Below, piece by piece: positions 1 to 12,580 of a DNA stretch of 64,000 nucleotides (its first letter is position 1; every line of letters starts with the position of its first letter). The notes under the pieces are model-generated. The model made no database searches. It saw only the letters and a list, made by a program, of their open reading frames with translations, and was not told the DNA's origin. This stretch comes from Monocercomonoides exilis PA203 (lineage: Eukaryota; Protista; Preaxostyla), in contig LSRY02000036.1 of NCBI GenBank assembly GCA_001643675.2, positions 62,001-126,000 of the forward strand, written 5' to 3'. The position numbers and the translations under genes were made by a program.

Positions 1-133
1 AACTCTCAATCAGCAAAGCAAATAAAAAAAATTGAAATACAAAATAATTAATTATCGAAAATTATGGAGTGTTTTGATCATCCGATTGAATGATCTTGAA
101 AATTGCGAGTAGAAATAGAATTAATTTTGAAAC

Positions 134-3100
134 ATGGAGCAAAAAAAATTTTCTCATTTGTCAAATTCTCGGAAGAGTGAAAAGTGCACAGAAGCATGGA
201 ACTTTCTTGTCACCAAATCCGGACACGACGAAGCAACAATGATCAAACATATATTTTTACACACAAACAAGGGGAAAGAATTGTTTTCAGATATCCAAAG
301 CATATTCAATGGTTTGTATCAAGTCAGTTTTCATGAATTTAATATTTGCAATTTTGAAACAATATTTTTTGAGAAAAAAGCAGGTTCGTCCTATTGCGAA
401 TGGCATCAGCTTACAATTCAGAGCAAAATAAACACGCGAAAGTTTCATTGCTAAAGTGTGTGTGCAACGAATTCAGTTTAAGGCAGCTTCATGATTGTGG
501 CTTCCAGTGTTCGCAAGGAAACTGCAATCATGCCAAAAAGAACAGTTCACCCACTAATTTTGACTTTGAATTCACCAATAAGCCTCCTGTTCCACCTTCG
601 AAAAGAAGTTTGTTCATTTTTATTTTTTTTGTTTTTTGTTTTCTATGAAATTTATTTTTGATTGTATTATCGAGAACTTATCAAAGATGATTATTACATA
701 TTCAATAATTTTCTTGCGGAAAATTCAACAGAATCAAGCAAGGAATCTCGTCTTTTATTGACAAACAAAAAACGTATTTTCTATTATCTTATCAATATAA
801 ACTTTGTTGAATATCCTTTATTCGTGTTTATCTTTTTGGGTGTTATTTTGAACAATTATTTTCTATTTAAAAAATACTTTTTTCTATGATGATGATTTCA
901 CTATTATTAATTGTGACAGCCAAATGGAAGAGGACGTTGATCCTTTGAAAAATTACTTTACAGAAGAAGATGATTCGAGTATTTTTATATCAGATATGGA
1001 TACAATTGATGAATCTGAACATGGCGCTATGGATATTTTCGAAAATGAAAGAAACATTTCAGATTCAATTTGTGAATTCCAGGATTCAAATATCCAACAA
1101 TCATTCCTCGAACAATGCAGCGATCCAAATATTGATGACTGGTTTGATATGGGAGAAGTTGAACTGAATGATTTTTCAAGTTCAAAGATGGAAATCGATG
1201 ATGATATGGAGCAGTCAATTTCTGAAGATTTTCCAACAAATGTTCAAAAACAAACTAATATTCAATTTCACAAACCATCAGATAATCGGGTCACAAATTG
1301 CAACAGTTGTAATTCAGCACCTATTCAGTTTTCACCTCTTCAAAATTTCGGAAATACGTGTTATTTGGCTTCGTTAATTCAGATATTTCGAACAATAATA
1401 ATTCGAATGAGTAACAACAATGTGAGGAAAGGAAGGCTTTCTTCTTTTGACAAATATTTATGCGATTTGATAGTGCCTCAAACTTTAGGAACAGAAAAAA
1501 ACGGATCATTCAGAAATTCATCATGGACAAACATGTTCATAGACAAATGGGAGGGGAAACATCACCTTAAGAAAAGAAATCAACAGGAGTTCTACAATTC
1601 TTTTCTTAGTCTTTTCAGTGATATCTCATCTTGCATTCCAATCATATCTAACGAAATGATGACTTCTGTAAGCTTCCCGAGAAAATGCACGAATTGTGAT
1701 TGTGTATCAATTGGTGCAACTGAACAATCACCGATAATCAGACTTCAAGGAGATGATTTGATAACAGCATTCAATGAATCATATTCCTATTCAAATAAAA
1801 ATATAAACAATAAAAAAGCCTATTGTGAATGTTGTTGTAATGTCACACGTCAATTATCCGTTTTGAACATATCAAAATTTCCGAATTTTCTATCAATTTC
1901 TCTCGAGAAAACAAAAGCCAAACATGCCATAACGCAAAATGTTTATGAAACAATTTCTTTTTCAACAAAAAATGGAGTTTGGAATGTTAGTGAAACGCCA
2001 AATGTTGGAGCTCATATCTATTCACTTGTTGCCCAACTTTTTCATTCTGGATCAACAGACAATGGACATTTCTTTTCTATATGCAAAGTATTCAACAACT
2101 CAAGTGTCTTCGAAGAAAACACAAATTGGATTCGATGTGATGATGAAAGCATCACAGAAATAAACGACAATTTGAACTCTTATTATTAAAATCATTTGAA
2201 AGGAAAATCATTTCCTCTCTTATCAATATACAAATTAAATGATTCATTCAATACTGGTTTTCTCTCATATCCCATTTCACCCAATATATGTTCTTTTCCA
2301 CCGAATCAACAAAGCTTATCAACAAAATGTGATAATTCGGGAAATAACATAGATTCATTTCAATCAACAATATCACAAAATTGTTCAACTGTTAATAATC
2401 AAACTGATACAAACATTTCACATGTATCCAACGATACACACACACATTTATCATCTCTCATTTCACCAATATTTCGTGAGAGTAAAATGGATTCATTTCA
2501 CTCAACAGCTTGCATTTGTGGTACTTCATCTATATCTCTGTGTGAGAACAGAAATTCCACAAGTATTGAATCAAAAGCTGATTCATCAATGTTGCATTTG
2601 CAAGTTAATCAAAATTTGAATATTTGCAACAAAGTCTTTGATTCAAAATTCAACACTTCATATAGCGGAGAACACAATGCGAAAATGCAACAACCAACAA
2701 CAAGCTGTGGCGTTTTAAAACTCTCCCAGCCAACACTTTATTTCAACGGCTCAAATCCACCTTTTCTCAAAAAAAATAAAAACACTCATGAAGGAACTGA
2801 AATAGACGACTGTATTTCAGATGAAGTTAAAACTTCAATGTTTTTATTCGATAAAGATATCGGTAATTCATTATGCAAAAAGCCACTTCAATGCAGGAAA
2901 AATGAACAATTAGATACAGAAAATATCAAACACATTGAATCGAAATCAATTTTCCCACATCGAAATATTTTTCCTTCACGTTCAACATGTAAGGTTGATT
3001 GCAACAAATCTCAACATAATAGTCATCAAACGTCAAAATATATCAGTTCAAAATCTTCACGTCAGAATTGTTTGAAAACCCCACCAAGGTTAATTAATAC

Positions 3101-4324
3101 TACAAAGGCTGAATTATACGACAAATTAACAAAAACAACAAGTTTAAAGATGCAAAAAAGGACATTTTCAAAATGACACGTCATCTCAAACGAGCAAAAC
3201 GCAGAACAGACGTTTGCAATCTATGCAATCATTACTCATTTCTGATGAAACGACAAAAACAACTTATCATAAACCAAGAAGATTTGAACGAAAACGAGAA
3301 GTTTACACTCGAACTGCTTGAACATCACAGACAACTAGCAGATAATCAGCAGAAGCATTTCAAATATTTGAAAAGTTCTCTTGAACGGAATGAAGTGCTT
3401 ATTCTATTTGATTTTAAGGAAAACTGGCAATTACCAATAAGAAGAAATCAAATATCAAAAGATTTTTACGAAAAAGAAGAGGTGTCCCAATTTTGCGTGA
3501 TTGCCTTTGTGTCAGATGATCGAGGAGTGAGAAAAAAACACGTGTTCAACTTTTTCTCCTCCAACCTATCACACGATTATCGTTTTGCTATTGAATGTTT
3601 AAAGCAAGTGTTGGATGATGATATATTTTTAAATAAAAAGAGGTTTCACTTCATGTGTGATGCTGGTACGCATTTCAGAAATTCGCAACTACTTCATTTT
3701 CTATTATCTGATAACTCTTCATTCGCCAAAGGAAAAAAAACAACGTTGTCGTTTTTTTGTGAGAGACATGGAAAGAGCGAATGCGATGGAGAGTTTGGTT
3801 GCCTCACACACTACATCAACAACTATTTGGATGATAATACTGTGATTACAAACATCGAAGAGTTGATTAACTTTTTCAATCTTTCATGTGAAAAAGCAAA
3901 AAATATCCGAATAAACTCATTAGACAAAAGCAGCGAAATATTTCGATATTTTTTAAAGTGTGATTTTTTCTGTCTTTTATATTTCATTTTGTTTTTCTTT
4001 ATCTTTTTCGGAATTGTTTTTCATTTAATAATTTTTTGGTATAATGCGTCAAGCAGAATTTTATGGAGAAAGATGGAAGTGAATTCAATGAAAACATATT
4101 TATTTTACGAGAAGCGGGGAAAGGAAGTGTTTCGTTCGGTTGCATCACCCCCAAACTCGATTGGTCAATTCAAAGCAACATTCAAGGAGGCAAGAGCTCG
4201 AGATGAACGTCCAAAAAAGTGTTTTCAAAAAAAGAATTTCCTTTCAAAATCAAATGAAATTGGAAATTTCACATTTAAATTATTTAACGAAAGGAAAAAA
4301 TTAACAAGTTTTCAATTTGAATGA
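134..4324 (+). mobile_element. Disrupted DNA-transposon gene: RNase H-like DDD transposase (Sola-like or unclassified) with an embedded USP (peptidase C19) domain
   Basis: ORF 3173-4324 has TDVCNLC, LFDFKENW, HD, MCDAGTHFRN and HGKSECDGEFG motifs. ORF 924-2189 is a USP domain. ORFs 924 and 2196 share a frame across one TAA (2187-2189). ORFs 2196 and 3173 join if one T is added to the T run near 3166-3169 (giving RTFFKMTRH). T-rich stretches at about 608-700 and 3958-4050 look intronic. The 5' boundary is not defined. Confidence 0.7.
1336..2234 (+). CDS. USP/UBP-type deubiquitinase domain, part of the transposon gene
   Basis: Cys box LQNFGNTCYLASLIQ, zinc-ribbon pairs CTNC and CECC, His box HSGSTDNGHF and WIRCDD. 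The terminal strand FPLLSIYK lies just beyond the in-frame TAA. Confidence 0.85.
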
Positions 4325-4484
4325 TTTTTGAATATTTTTCTGGTTGTGTTTGTTTGTCGGAGTTGCAAACATTAATTTTTAAAAGCTTTTGAATATGTCT
4401 GTTGCTCAAGCTCCATATGATGTGGACTAATTCACATGTTTTGGAGTACCCAGATTTTTGACTTTATTGTCAAAATGAAGGGCA

Positions 4485-4561
4485 AGGTCGATTCCGTCCT
4501 GAAACTGCATTGTGACCGGACCAATGCAGTTTCTTGAAGGCTTTGGGTCCAGAATCGGCCT
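4485..4561. other. GC-richer nested inverted repeat downstream of the transposase, possibly near the element terminus
   Basis: GAAACTGCATTG (4501-4512) pairs perfectly with CAATGCAGTTTC (4522-4533) around a 9-nt loop. Outer arms AGGTCGATTC (4485-4494) and GAATCGGCCT (4552-4561) pair with one G-U. Confidence 0.6.
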
Positions 4562-6902
4562 CCCAGGGCAGACAATCAAAATGCTTTTAAAAATTAAGTT
4601 TTCCAACTTATTTATTGTTATTTTAATAATTTTATTTTTGATAAATGCATATGTCGGCATACGTTTAATATTTTATTCAAATATTTTGATACTTTTTCAC
4701 TTTTTTCAACAGCAAAAATATGATATAAAAAACAATAATTCGCTCTGTTTCATCTGTTTGATTTAAAAAACTGAAGAAAGAAAATGAGATTTCAGATTTT
4801 AAATGTCTGAACTTTTCTCTATCATATTTCAAAAAATTTGTGAATTTTCATTAAGAACTGTTTCTTGACATACATTTGATGTTTATTTTATTTTTTAATC
4901 CAAAACATTCAATATTATTTGTTTTATAAAATTCATATCATTAAATCAAATTCATATTTCGAAAATCGTTGTTCTCATTTTCAAGAAAGCGTTTGCTGAA
5001 TTGTATCAAATTTTGAAAAATGTCTGTAAATACGATATTGAAAGAAAACCAAATTTTGATTTTCTTAATACAATCGAAATAAACGAATATTAACAAATGT
5101 TATATTTATTTTGTCAAATTCATCTATTCATAAGCTTTTAACCTTATTGCTCATGAATGGTTAGTATTATTAACTCTCTTTCGATATGACAGCTCATTCA
5201 ATCTAATTCTGCTTCATTTTTTTAATGATCCTGTAGTCTCAATCAATCAACCTTTTAACAATAAAGAGAAAGAAAATGAATTTTAAATTCAAACGTATTG
5301 AGATATGTTCAAGCTGAGAATGACTGTTTGAAGAAACGAAAGTTTGTTGATTTTCTTCATTTCTTATTCTGTTGAAATGAACATATGATCCAGAAGCAAA
5401 ACTGTTGAGAACGAATTTTTGTTATTGCAGATATGAATCATTCAACTTTTGAACGAATTATAATTTTCCATAAAAATTTTCTCAGTCCTTTAAATACTCC
5501 TTTATTCGTTTTTTGGATAAAAAAAGCAAAACGTATTCACTTTTTAAATCGCACAGGTTCAAGATTTCTCATCATAAGATTCTCTTAACAATTGGATCAT
5601 TTCTGTAATAAAATGATAAAATGAACGTTCCAGATTAAAAGCGCTGTTCTCAAATCATTCATCATCCGTGTAAGCGTATAACTTGAATGGTTTTTTGTTA
5701 TTATATGACCTAAAAAGTTCAAATTATCTTCTTTTAAAAAGATCAATTCAAACTTATTGTTTTAGATGACTCTCACCAAAATATATGTTATGTGAGTCAT
5801 TAATGATAAAGTTCACTTTAATGTATTTCATCTTTCAAGAATGTATTATATATTAATCAGCTTGCAACGAAAAAGTGTTTATCTCATTTCACAATAAATT
5901 GTCAATAACTGTAATTTGATGAAACCAAATAATGATGAAATAAGAGAAAAAATATTAAAAAGATTGATTTTGCTTCAAATCATTAAGTCATATTTTCAAT
6001 CCTTTGCAATATGATGATTGCTGATAATGTTTAAATTATACACAGTTAAAATAGATGAAATATTTATTAATTATTTATTGAAAAAATATCAACTTTTTCA
6101 ACATTTTTTGAACAGTGTCATTGTTTATTTATCGAAAATGCTAAGAATGACATTTATGAAAAACACAGACTTTTATTGCTTATATCAAGCGAGTTCTCAT
6201 TTAATGAAAATTGGATTTTATCTAATTTTTGAATAAACGCTTTTTATTATGGTTCATTTTAACATTTTCATTTTTGTTGCAAAAATCTGTTGAAAAAAGA
6301 AATAAAACATTGACAAATTAGTTGAAATAAGTCAATACTCAAATTATTTTCACAAATAATAATAGTTTTTATTTGTTAAAGAAACACCCCGAAAAAAGTT
6401 ATGATTTCAAAAATAATGTGCCACCTAAAATTCCAAAAGTATTAACATATATAAGATACGTTTGGAGGATAATAATTAGAATTTCTTCTTTTGCAGTTAT
6501 TGAGAAATCGATTTTGTCCGGAATTTTTTGCTATGTCCGGTTCATTTCTGCACTATCTTTGAGTAGTTTTCTGACAAGGCAACAATTATAAATTGCTAAA
6601 AAAAAAATTTCGCTTATTCGCTGAACCCTTGTTTAACTCAACTATCAACCAAAAAAACAACTTTTGAAGTTGTCACCAGTCAATCAATTTAAATTATTAT
6701 AGTCACTCGGTGATCTGATAATCAACTGTTGAGATTATAAAGAGATTTAATCGCATTGGCAGCTTTATGAGGTTTATTATTAACAGCACACATTTTTATA
6801 TATGTTAAAAATTTATGATTGAAATACAATTACTTTTGTTTAACTTTTCATTTTGATGTTTTGATAAATTTTAAAATTTTAATTGATTTTGCAACATATC
6901 AG

Positions 6903-8090
6903 CAAATTGTTGTCGCAAAAATCAACCCCATCTGCATTCAGTGCTATTCATCAAAATGCTTTTTCAGCTGCTATTGAGGTATCTCTTTTCTCGTTTTTTC
7001 AACATTTAATTCATTTTTTCAGGAAGCACAAGCAGAAGGTTTTGCACAAACGACCACAGTGGCCCTTCCAGAACCTATGAATAATCTTATATTTCAACTT
7101 CTCGATCATCTTTGCGATTTTTATCCACAGGAATATTTGGTTTTTTTTAAAACAAAAGAAGGACTTGAAATTGTCCAAGACACTTTTTGGTTTATTTTTC
7201 TTTTCAAATACGGGGTGTGCATGCAATTATATTTGCAGTAATATTGTTCTTTTTCTGATTTTTTTTTTAAACTTATTTTATCACAAACAGGAATCAGTCA
7301 TAAAAAAGAAAGAGAAGAGTCCACACAACCCACTTGATGTATTTTTATATGAATTAAAAAGACAACAGAAAAAGGAGCAAGAAGCAGATATTGAGAAAGA
7401 AAAAGAAACAGCTGAGCAGCCGAGGAGTATGTCAGGGGTACTGCCTTCACTTCACGACTCAGTTCAGAACACTCCATCGCTAACCCCTCCATCATCCACA
7501 ACTCCCACTTCGCTTTTTGCACAATGCTCTGCACTTCCACAGTCGACTTCCACTCAATTCTCTTCGACCACATCCAACCAGCTTAGCAGCATGTCTGCCG
7601 CACCAAGTGCTAATTCATCAACTGCCTCTTCATCTTCCTCTTCATCTTCCTCTTACTCTTCCTCTTCCTCTTCCTCTTCCTCTTCATCTTCCTCTTACTC
7701 TTCCTCTTACTCTTCCTCTTACTCTTCCTCTTCCTCTTCCTCTTCCTCTTCCTCTTCCTCTTCCTCTTCCTCTTCCTCTTCCTCTTCTTCCACCTCAACT
7801 TCCACATCCACATTCACATCCACTTCTTCATTGTCTCCGCCCGCTGTCCGCGACGACCGCGGGTTCTGGCTGATGGAGCGGGTGCGCGGGCGCGAGCGGC
7901 GGTTGCAGGAGAAGGCCGAGCGGGAGAAGAAGAGAGAGGCAGAGCTGGTGCAGGCAAGACTGATGGTCGGGGGAAGGTGGATAACGCTGCACAACCACGA
8001 CCCGCAGCCGCTGCCGGAGAGGGAACTGCCGTATTCGCTGAAGGGATACGGGAGGAGGATGGGGTATGTGTGTGTGTTGGGGAGAGGGGG

Positions 8091-8185
<95 letters not shown>

Positions 8186-9986
8186 GAGAGTCAGTGATTT
8201 GATGATAACGTTTAATGTTGCTTGGATTAAAAATATTTATTATTTATGTATTTATGTATTTGTTCAGATTTAATTTTTTCCTTTTTAATTTAACACATTG
8301 TTTTCTCACGAATTGTTTGCTATTAACCTTCATTTTTTAAATGAAAATGTTAATTTCTTTCTTTCTTTCTCTCTTTTATATTTATTTATTTATTTCTTTT
8401 TACTTTTCGTTTATTCAATTTTTCCGTTTTCTCTTTCTTTTCCTGTTATTTATCAACATTTTTCTGTGCTTTTTTTTCCGAAGAAGTCGCTCGCCTTCTC
8501 AATCGAATTCTCCACCAAAAGAAAGAGGAAGAAGCTATAAAAGCCAAAAAGAGAGAGAAAATGAAGAAAAATTTGAGTTGAGTGGGGGAAGAAGAGAAAG
8601 AAGAAGAGAGAGAAAAGGAAAAGGAAGAGAAAGAGGAAGAGGGAGAGAAAGAGGAAGATATTCTGATGAACAAGAAGAATTGGGAGCGATTCACGAAAGA
8701 GAAGAAGAAGAAGAAGAAGACAACGAAGACGAATTTGAAGATGAAGATGAAGAAGAATATGAAGAAGATTATAAAGAAGAAAAAGATTATCTGGAAAGGG
8801 TTAACAGACGAGAAGGAGGAGAAAGAGGAAGAAAAGAAGAAGAAATAAAAGAACAACATAAAGAGCAAGACGCCACACAAACCGAACAATCTTCACAATC
8901 CCTCTCACTTCCTCAAAAAGGCGAATTCGACGACGAAGAAGACGACGAATTCGACATCGACTTCGAAAAGCGCACCGAAGACGAGAAGCGGCGCTTCCTC
9001 CTGTTGGACGTGGGTGCCTTGCCTTCTTCCAACAAGAAATCGACTCGCTGCCTCTTCGACCGCATCGCTTTGCAGTTTGTCTCTGTCTTTCTGGATGTGA
9101 GCGACGCCTACAGAGAAGGTTTTGTGGAGCAGTTTGTGGAGATCCTGACAGTCGTCGTGGTCAACTGCTTCTCCAACTGCTTTCCTGAAAAGAGTTTTGA
9201 TTCTTGTTTCAATCAGTCTGTGTATTCTGCTCTGACTCAGATGTTCCGAGGCTTCAAGCCCACGTGGCAAGGGCCGTTTGTCGTGGTGAATGTGAACCCG
9301 CAGCTGAAGCAGTATGCAGCAGCTGTCGGCAGGAAGGAGGGGAAGATGAGCGGAGGAGGAATTGGAAGTTATGGAGGAGGAGGAAGAGAAAGAGGAGGGA
9401 GTAACTTAAAGGGAGGAGCAGGCTTTGCAGTGTTGATGAGGGGAGGAAGCAAAGCGAAGGAAAGGAAAGACAATGTGAATGTGGGGAAATTCACTGGGAA
9501 GTTGAATGACAAAGGAAAAACCACAGAAAAAGATAAAAATCCGCAGCAATCTTTGACGAATAAGTTATCAGACACAAGCTTAATTGCTTCTGCTTCTTCT
9601 GCTTCTTCTTCTCTTTCCTCGTTAGAATCAGCACAACACACAGAAAACGAGGCAGTTCAATCAACTTTGGCTACAACACCAAAGGAAAGAACGATTGGAG
9701 CACTTCAATTAAACAGCAGTATCAATAGCAACAGTAATATTAGTATTGGAGAAGAAAACACATCATCTTCCTCTTCTTTTTCCTCCTCTTCTTCTCTCCC
9801 AGACACTTCAACCACCCCACAATCTGTCGAAATCGAAGCTGATCGACTGTTTGCTGACCGAATAGCGCGCGAAGAGGAGGAAGAAGAAGCGATACGCGAG
9901 ATGAGGGAGATGGATGAGTATGTGGCGGGGCTTATTGATCACATCGACTGCGCTGTGGATAAGCTGGATGAGGCGGTGAGGGAGAA

Positions 9987-10031
<45 letters not shown>

Positions 10032-10617
10032 AAAAGAGAAGAGAACGAGGATGCGTGTGATGAGCGGGGAATTGGGGGCAGATTTGGCAAGCAGCCGGGC
10101 GGGGAGCAGAGGAAGCAGAGGAAGCAGAGGAGGAGGAGGAATAGGAGGAGGAATAGGAAGCAGAGGAGGAGGAATTGGAAGTAGAGGAGGAAGTGGAGGG
10201 GGAATGAGTTACAATGGAGACGACGATTATTCGCGTTCAGCAGCGCAGACGGGCAGAGTCACACGGAGAAACAGCGGGATCTTTCCAGTCAATCAGATGG
10301 GGACTGGGTTTATTGGAGCTTCTTCTTCAAATTCTTCTTCTTCCTCCTCTTTGGCAACGACGAATACTTCTGGCACTGCTGGAGGAGGGTATAGGAGAGA
10401 GAAAGAGAGAGAAAGAGAAAGAGAGAAAGAGAAAGATGAGAACATTTTGCTTGAAGATAACAACAGAGCGAATAAAAAGAGAGCAAAGTTCAGTTTTGCG
10501 CCTTCGCAGAAGACAAACAGCAGAAGCGTGAAACTTCCTCCGATTCACAACACTTCCACTTCATCATCATCATCATCATCTTCTTCTTCTTCTTCTTCCA
10601 TTTCACCCCAATCTCTT

Positions 10618-10652
<35 letters not shown>

Positions 10653-11975
10653 TTCTGATTCCTCTTCCTCTTCCTCCTTCTATTCCGACGTTTCCCTCAT
10701 CAGCAACCCGTCCAATGCTTCCAACTCTTCCGTTCCGTTCTCCAACTTAGCCAATCTGGCTGTGTGTGATGTGTGTGGGAAGAAGATGACACAGCATGCG
10801 CATTTCAGCATCAACACGATGTCGCCTGTGGTTGCACGCTATTTCGAGCTGAAGAAGATTGCTCATCCGCCGACGACGGTGAAGTTCGTGGCGTTCTCAC
10901 AGAACGTGTTCGTGTGCTCCTGCGGGTGTGTGTTGGGAGATGAAGATAAAAAGACTATTTGTTGATGTTAATGTTTTTTGCTTTTTTCTTTTCTTTTCTT
11001 TTCTTTTCTTTTCTTTTCTTTCTTTCTTTCTTTCTTTTTTTCTTTTTTTCTTTTTTTCTTTTTTTTGCTTATTTTATTCATATTTTTGTATGTTCAACTG
11101 TAAACATTCTCTCTATTTTTAATATGATTTCACTTTTCACAAAAATGCCTCTTCTTCCTCCTCCTCCTGTTTTATCTCATTTGATGAATAAATCTTATCT
11201 TTTTCTTTTTTTCTTTTTTACTTTTTTATTTTTTCTTTTCTTTTTTCTTTCTTTTTCTTTTTATAGCCACAGCCAAACAGCAGAAGCGAAGACGCTGCGA
11301 GGAATGGCTGACGATGTTCTGTCGAATGTCGATGCAATTCTGGAAGAGCACGACAAGAGACTCAGCAAATACAGAGTATGTATTAAGAATTTTTTATTAT
11401 TGATGCTTTAATAAAAATAAAATAAATAAATAAATATTTTTTTTTTGTTTTATTTATTTATCTTTTATTTATTTTTCTTCTTCTTTCATTTTAATCTCTC
11501 CTATCTCATCACCCTTCTCTTTCTCTTTCTATCTCTCACTCTTTCTACATCCCAACAGCACCACAACCCATCCTCTTCTTCTCCTCTTTCCTCTCCCCAG
11601 CACTCTTCAGCTTACTCTCCCTTCCGCCCTTCTCCCCGCGCCAACACAAACACACAGTTTTCACCCAATTCCACTTTTCAGAGCCAACGGCACCCCAAAC
11701 AAAGGCGAAACAAGCCAGGGCGGCTGGAGACTGAAGGGGTGATTGACGAGCTTATCAGGTTCCGGCTGAAGAGCGGTGGGGCCAACGGGGCAGGCGGAGG
11801 AAGTGGGGTGAATAGAACGAATGGGATGGGAGGAGCAGACGGGGCGAGGATGCAGATTCCGCACAGGCGGATGATGGCAGACGGGCTGCGGCAGGCGCAG
11901 ATGATGCGGAAGGACCGGATGGAGGAGCTGGGGATGACACCGTCGCAGATGATGGCGATGCGGAAGAGGAGATGA
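6903..11975 (+). CDS. FAM227-like (FWWh domain) protein; multi-exon with large low-complexity insertions
   Basis: Exon 7023-7214 encodes IVQDTFWFIFLFKY, later followed by LFDRIALQFVSVFL...CFSNCFP...FRGFKP and FSINTMSPVVARYF, matching FAM227 motifs from memory. Frame-compatible introns: 6979-7022, 7215-7290, 8064-about 8483, about 10900-11266 and 11376-11558. The start codon is uncertain (possibly ATG 6767). Confidence 0.75.
8090..8190. repeat. (GAAA)n then (GA)n microsatellite, intronic
   Basis: Directly visible tandem repeats. Confidence 0.95.
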
Positions 11976-12580
11976 ATATGTGTGTGTGTGTGTGTGTGAA
12001 AGAGAAAAAAAGAAAGAAAGAAAGAGCACATTATGATGGATAAATAAAGATGAGTTTGCGTAACTGGAAAGTGATAACATGCTTTGACGCATTAACAAGT
12101 GGGCGGTTCATTTGGATAGGACCATTTAAACAACAATTTTACAATTATTCCACTTCAAATTGTTTTTAATTGCATTTTTGTTTTTTTTTTCTTTGAAAGG
12201 TTGATTTTTCATTTTGTAAAGGAAAATAAAACTGTTTTATTGAGAATTCATTTTTCAGTCTCTTCAGTTTTTGTGTGAGTTTTGTTTGGTTAAAATAAGG
12301 TTTGTAATTTATCATCGTTAATGTTCTTTATTGATTCCAAACATAAAAATTTCAATAATTGAAAAAGAGAATATGTATCTTTTAAAATTTCAGCTTCAAG
12401 GCTCTCAAAATGCTTATCATATATTATTAAAATACAACTTTTCCAATTGGTCCAATATAGCTTCACATTGTCATTTCTTTCTCAAATGTGTTCCTGTTCA
12501 GAGAATCTTCATCAATGGCTCATTGTATTTGTTGGTGATTGTTTAGTTAATATAATAATTCTTGCCAATCAATCTGCTTC

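Noticed and set aside
2187-2189. TAA/TAG reassigned to Gln, as in some related protists (in-frame TAR here, at 55500 and at 61643)
   Set aside because: Long intact genes contain no in-frame TAR, genes end in TAA (36246, 42531) and TAG (44359), and the disrupted loci also carry TGA stops or frameshifts.
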